Shown piece after piece: positions 62,945-64,000 of a stretch of DNA of 64,000 bases; positions within the stretch are counted from its first letter, which is position 1, and every line of letters begins with the position of its first letter. This stretch comes from Dicyema japonicum (lineage: Eukaryota; Animalia; Dicyemida). Location of the stretch: the NCBI GenBank assembly GCA_011109175.1, contig RDEW01000003.1:1627546-1691545 (forward strand). Direction: 5' to 3'. Both the position numbers and the translations under genes were made by a program. A model generated the notes under the pieces. It was not told where the DNA came from. It saw nothing but the letters and a program-made list of their open reading frames with translations, and ran no database searches.

Positions 62945-63114
62945 CAGTTCGACCCGAATTGGGCAGACCCCAGGGGTGGGGCACCTCGGATTTTGGGGCA
63001 TTTTTTGGCCAACATTTTGGCAGAGTAAAATGGAAAATCGATAAAAATATGGAAATTTTGGGGCACTATAAAATTGTGGGAATGAAATTGGTGCCCCAAT
63101 TAGGGGTCGGACTG
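62945..63114. mobile_element. 170-bp pogo/Tc1-like MITE with TA TSD
   Basis: TA-CAGTTCGACCCGAATTGGGCA ... TGCCCCAATTAGGGGTCGGACTG-TA. Confidence 0.85.
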
Positions 63115-63967
63115 TATACCAGTCTTAATGGAGTACCAAAGACTCCTATTTCCTCATGTCGTCCAATATCTACGAGTCTTATCGAGGTTCATGGACCATT
63201 TACTCTATAACACCTCTTTGACCCGCTTCATACAAGACAATGTCACTTTGTTCGACAAAGTTATTCGACTCATTGTCTGTTAATCACTAAGTGTAGTCAT
63301 TTATTCATATATTCAACTCTATTCCTTCCACTCAGATCCTATACCCCTAACCAGGCATGCTAACTCAAAAGGCTCCATGGGTCGCATAAGATAATTTGAG
63401 TATACAAGCGGGCCATACTAACAAATCTGAAAAACACGTAATCTTATTGAAGTACATTTCAAAAATATCAATCACTTTTTAGTATTTGTTTATATTGAAT
63501 GCTCTTTTTCATGACAATTTTTCGAATATTGAAATGTAATAGTGACTTGGTCAAGTTTATAGTTTTCAGTAACAGAATGAAACGTTACAAGACATACCTG
63601 AAGAAGAATGAATTATTGTTCCTAATTGACGAGGGAGCTGCTAAAATAGAAAAAAGCTACGAACGCTCTGTTTCTGCCCTAAAAATTAAAGCTCGAGCCG
63701 GGATTTTGTTTATGTCTTCAACTCGCAATACTTCTGGAATGTCATACAATTTAAAGATGGTACAATAAAAAAGGAAAGACTTATTCTAGAAATTAAAAAC
63801 GCGTAATTTTGCTCAATGCTTGCTTACGTGATAATCTCGTAAGTAAACTCTCTTAAATTTGCAGATTCTCAAATTTGCTATTTTTAAAGAAAAATCCCAA
63901 TTTTAGTGGAAATTTTCAGAATTTTTAAAGTTTTTTTTTTAACAAAATTTTTTTAACAATTAAACAA

Positions 63968-64000
63968 ATGTCAGTTGAGGAAGCTGCTGCGTGGATTGCG
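63968..64000 (+). CDS. possible start of a gene truncated by the window edge (MSVEEAAAWIA...)
   Basis: ATG after AT-rich promoter-like sequence with an abrupt shift to coding-like composition. Confidence 0.3.
   Translation, partial: MSVEEAAAWIA

Noticed and set aside
1-64000. Prokaryotic, ciliate or nucleomorph origin
   Set aside because: Spliceosomal introns, TAA used as stop, and animal-specific domain architectures.

Overview
AT-rich eukaryotic (animal) genomic DNA. Compact blocks of host genes with extremely short GT-AG introns (21-27 nt) alternate with dense blocks of decayed transposable elements. Host genes: cathepsin D, LRRC61-like, IFT54/TRAF3IP1, MRPL16, a PDZ-RGS-DH-PH RhoGEF, RPB3, cyclophilin B, Rab23, a PDZ/DH-like protein, a lamin-tail-domain cytoplasmic intermediate filament, RPN6, and several orphans. 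Metazoan-type genes, ciliary genes, the standard genetic code and micro-introns point, by inference, to a dicyemid-like mesozoan. TEs: several Ingi/Vingi-like APE-RT LINE families (two with 2A StopGo motifs), CRE-like and RTE-like LINEs, Buster and DUF659-type hATs, pogo/Tigger elements and MITEs, and a tRNA-derived SINE. Best candidate for a new system: a ~320-bp non-tRNA SINE (4 copies) that shares its 3' tail with a Vingi LINE. It carries a ~63-nt nested double-pseudoknot RNA motif with HDV-ribozyme-like topology but non-canonical core residues, and pairing is kept across copies. The same fold recurs at the 5' end of a 2A-encoding Vingi family. Single-base frameshifts at homopolymers in conserved genes suggest assembly indel errors. 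All alignments and folds were done by eye.
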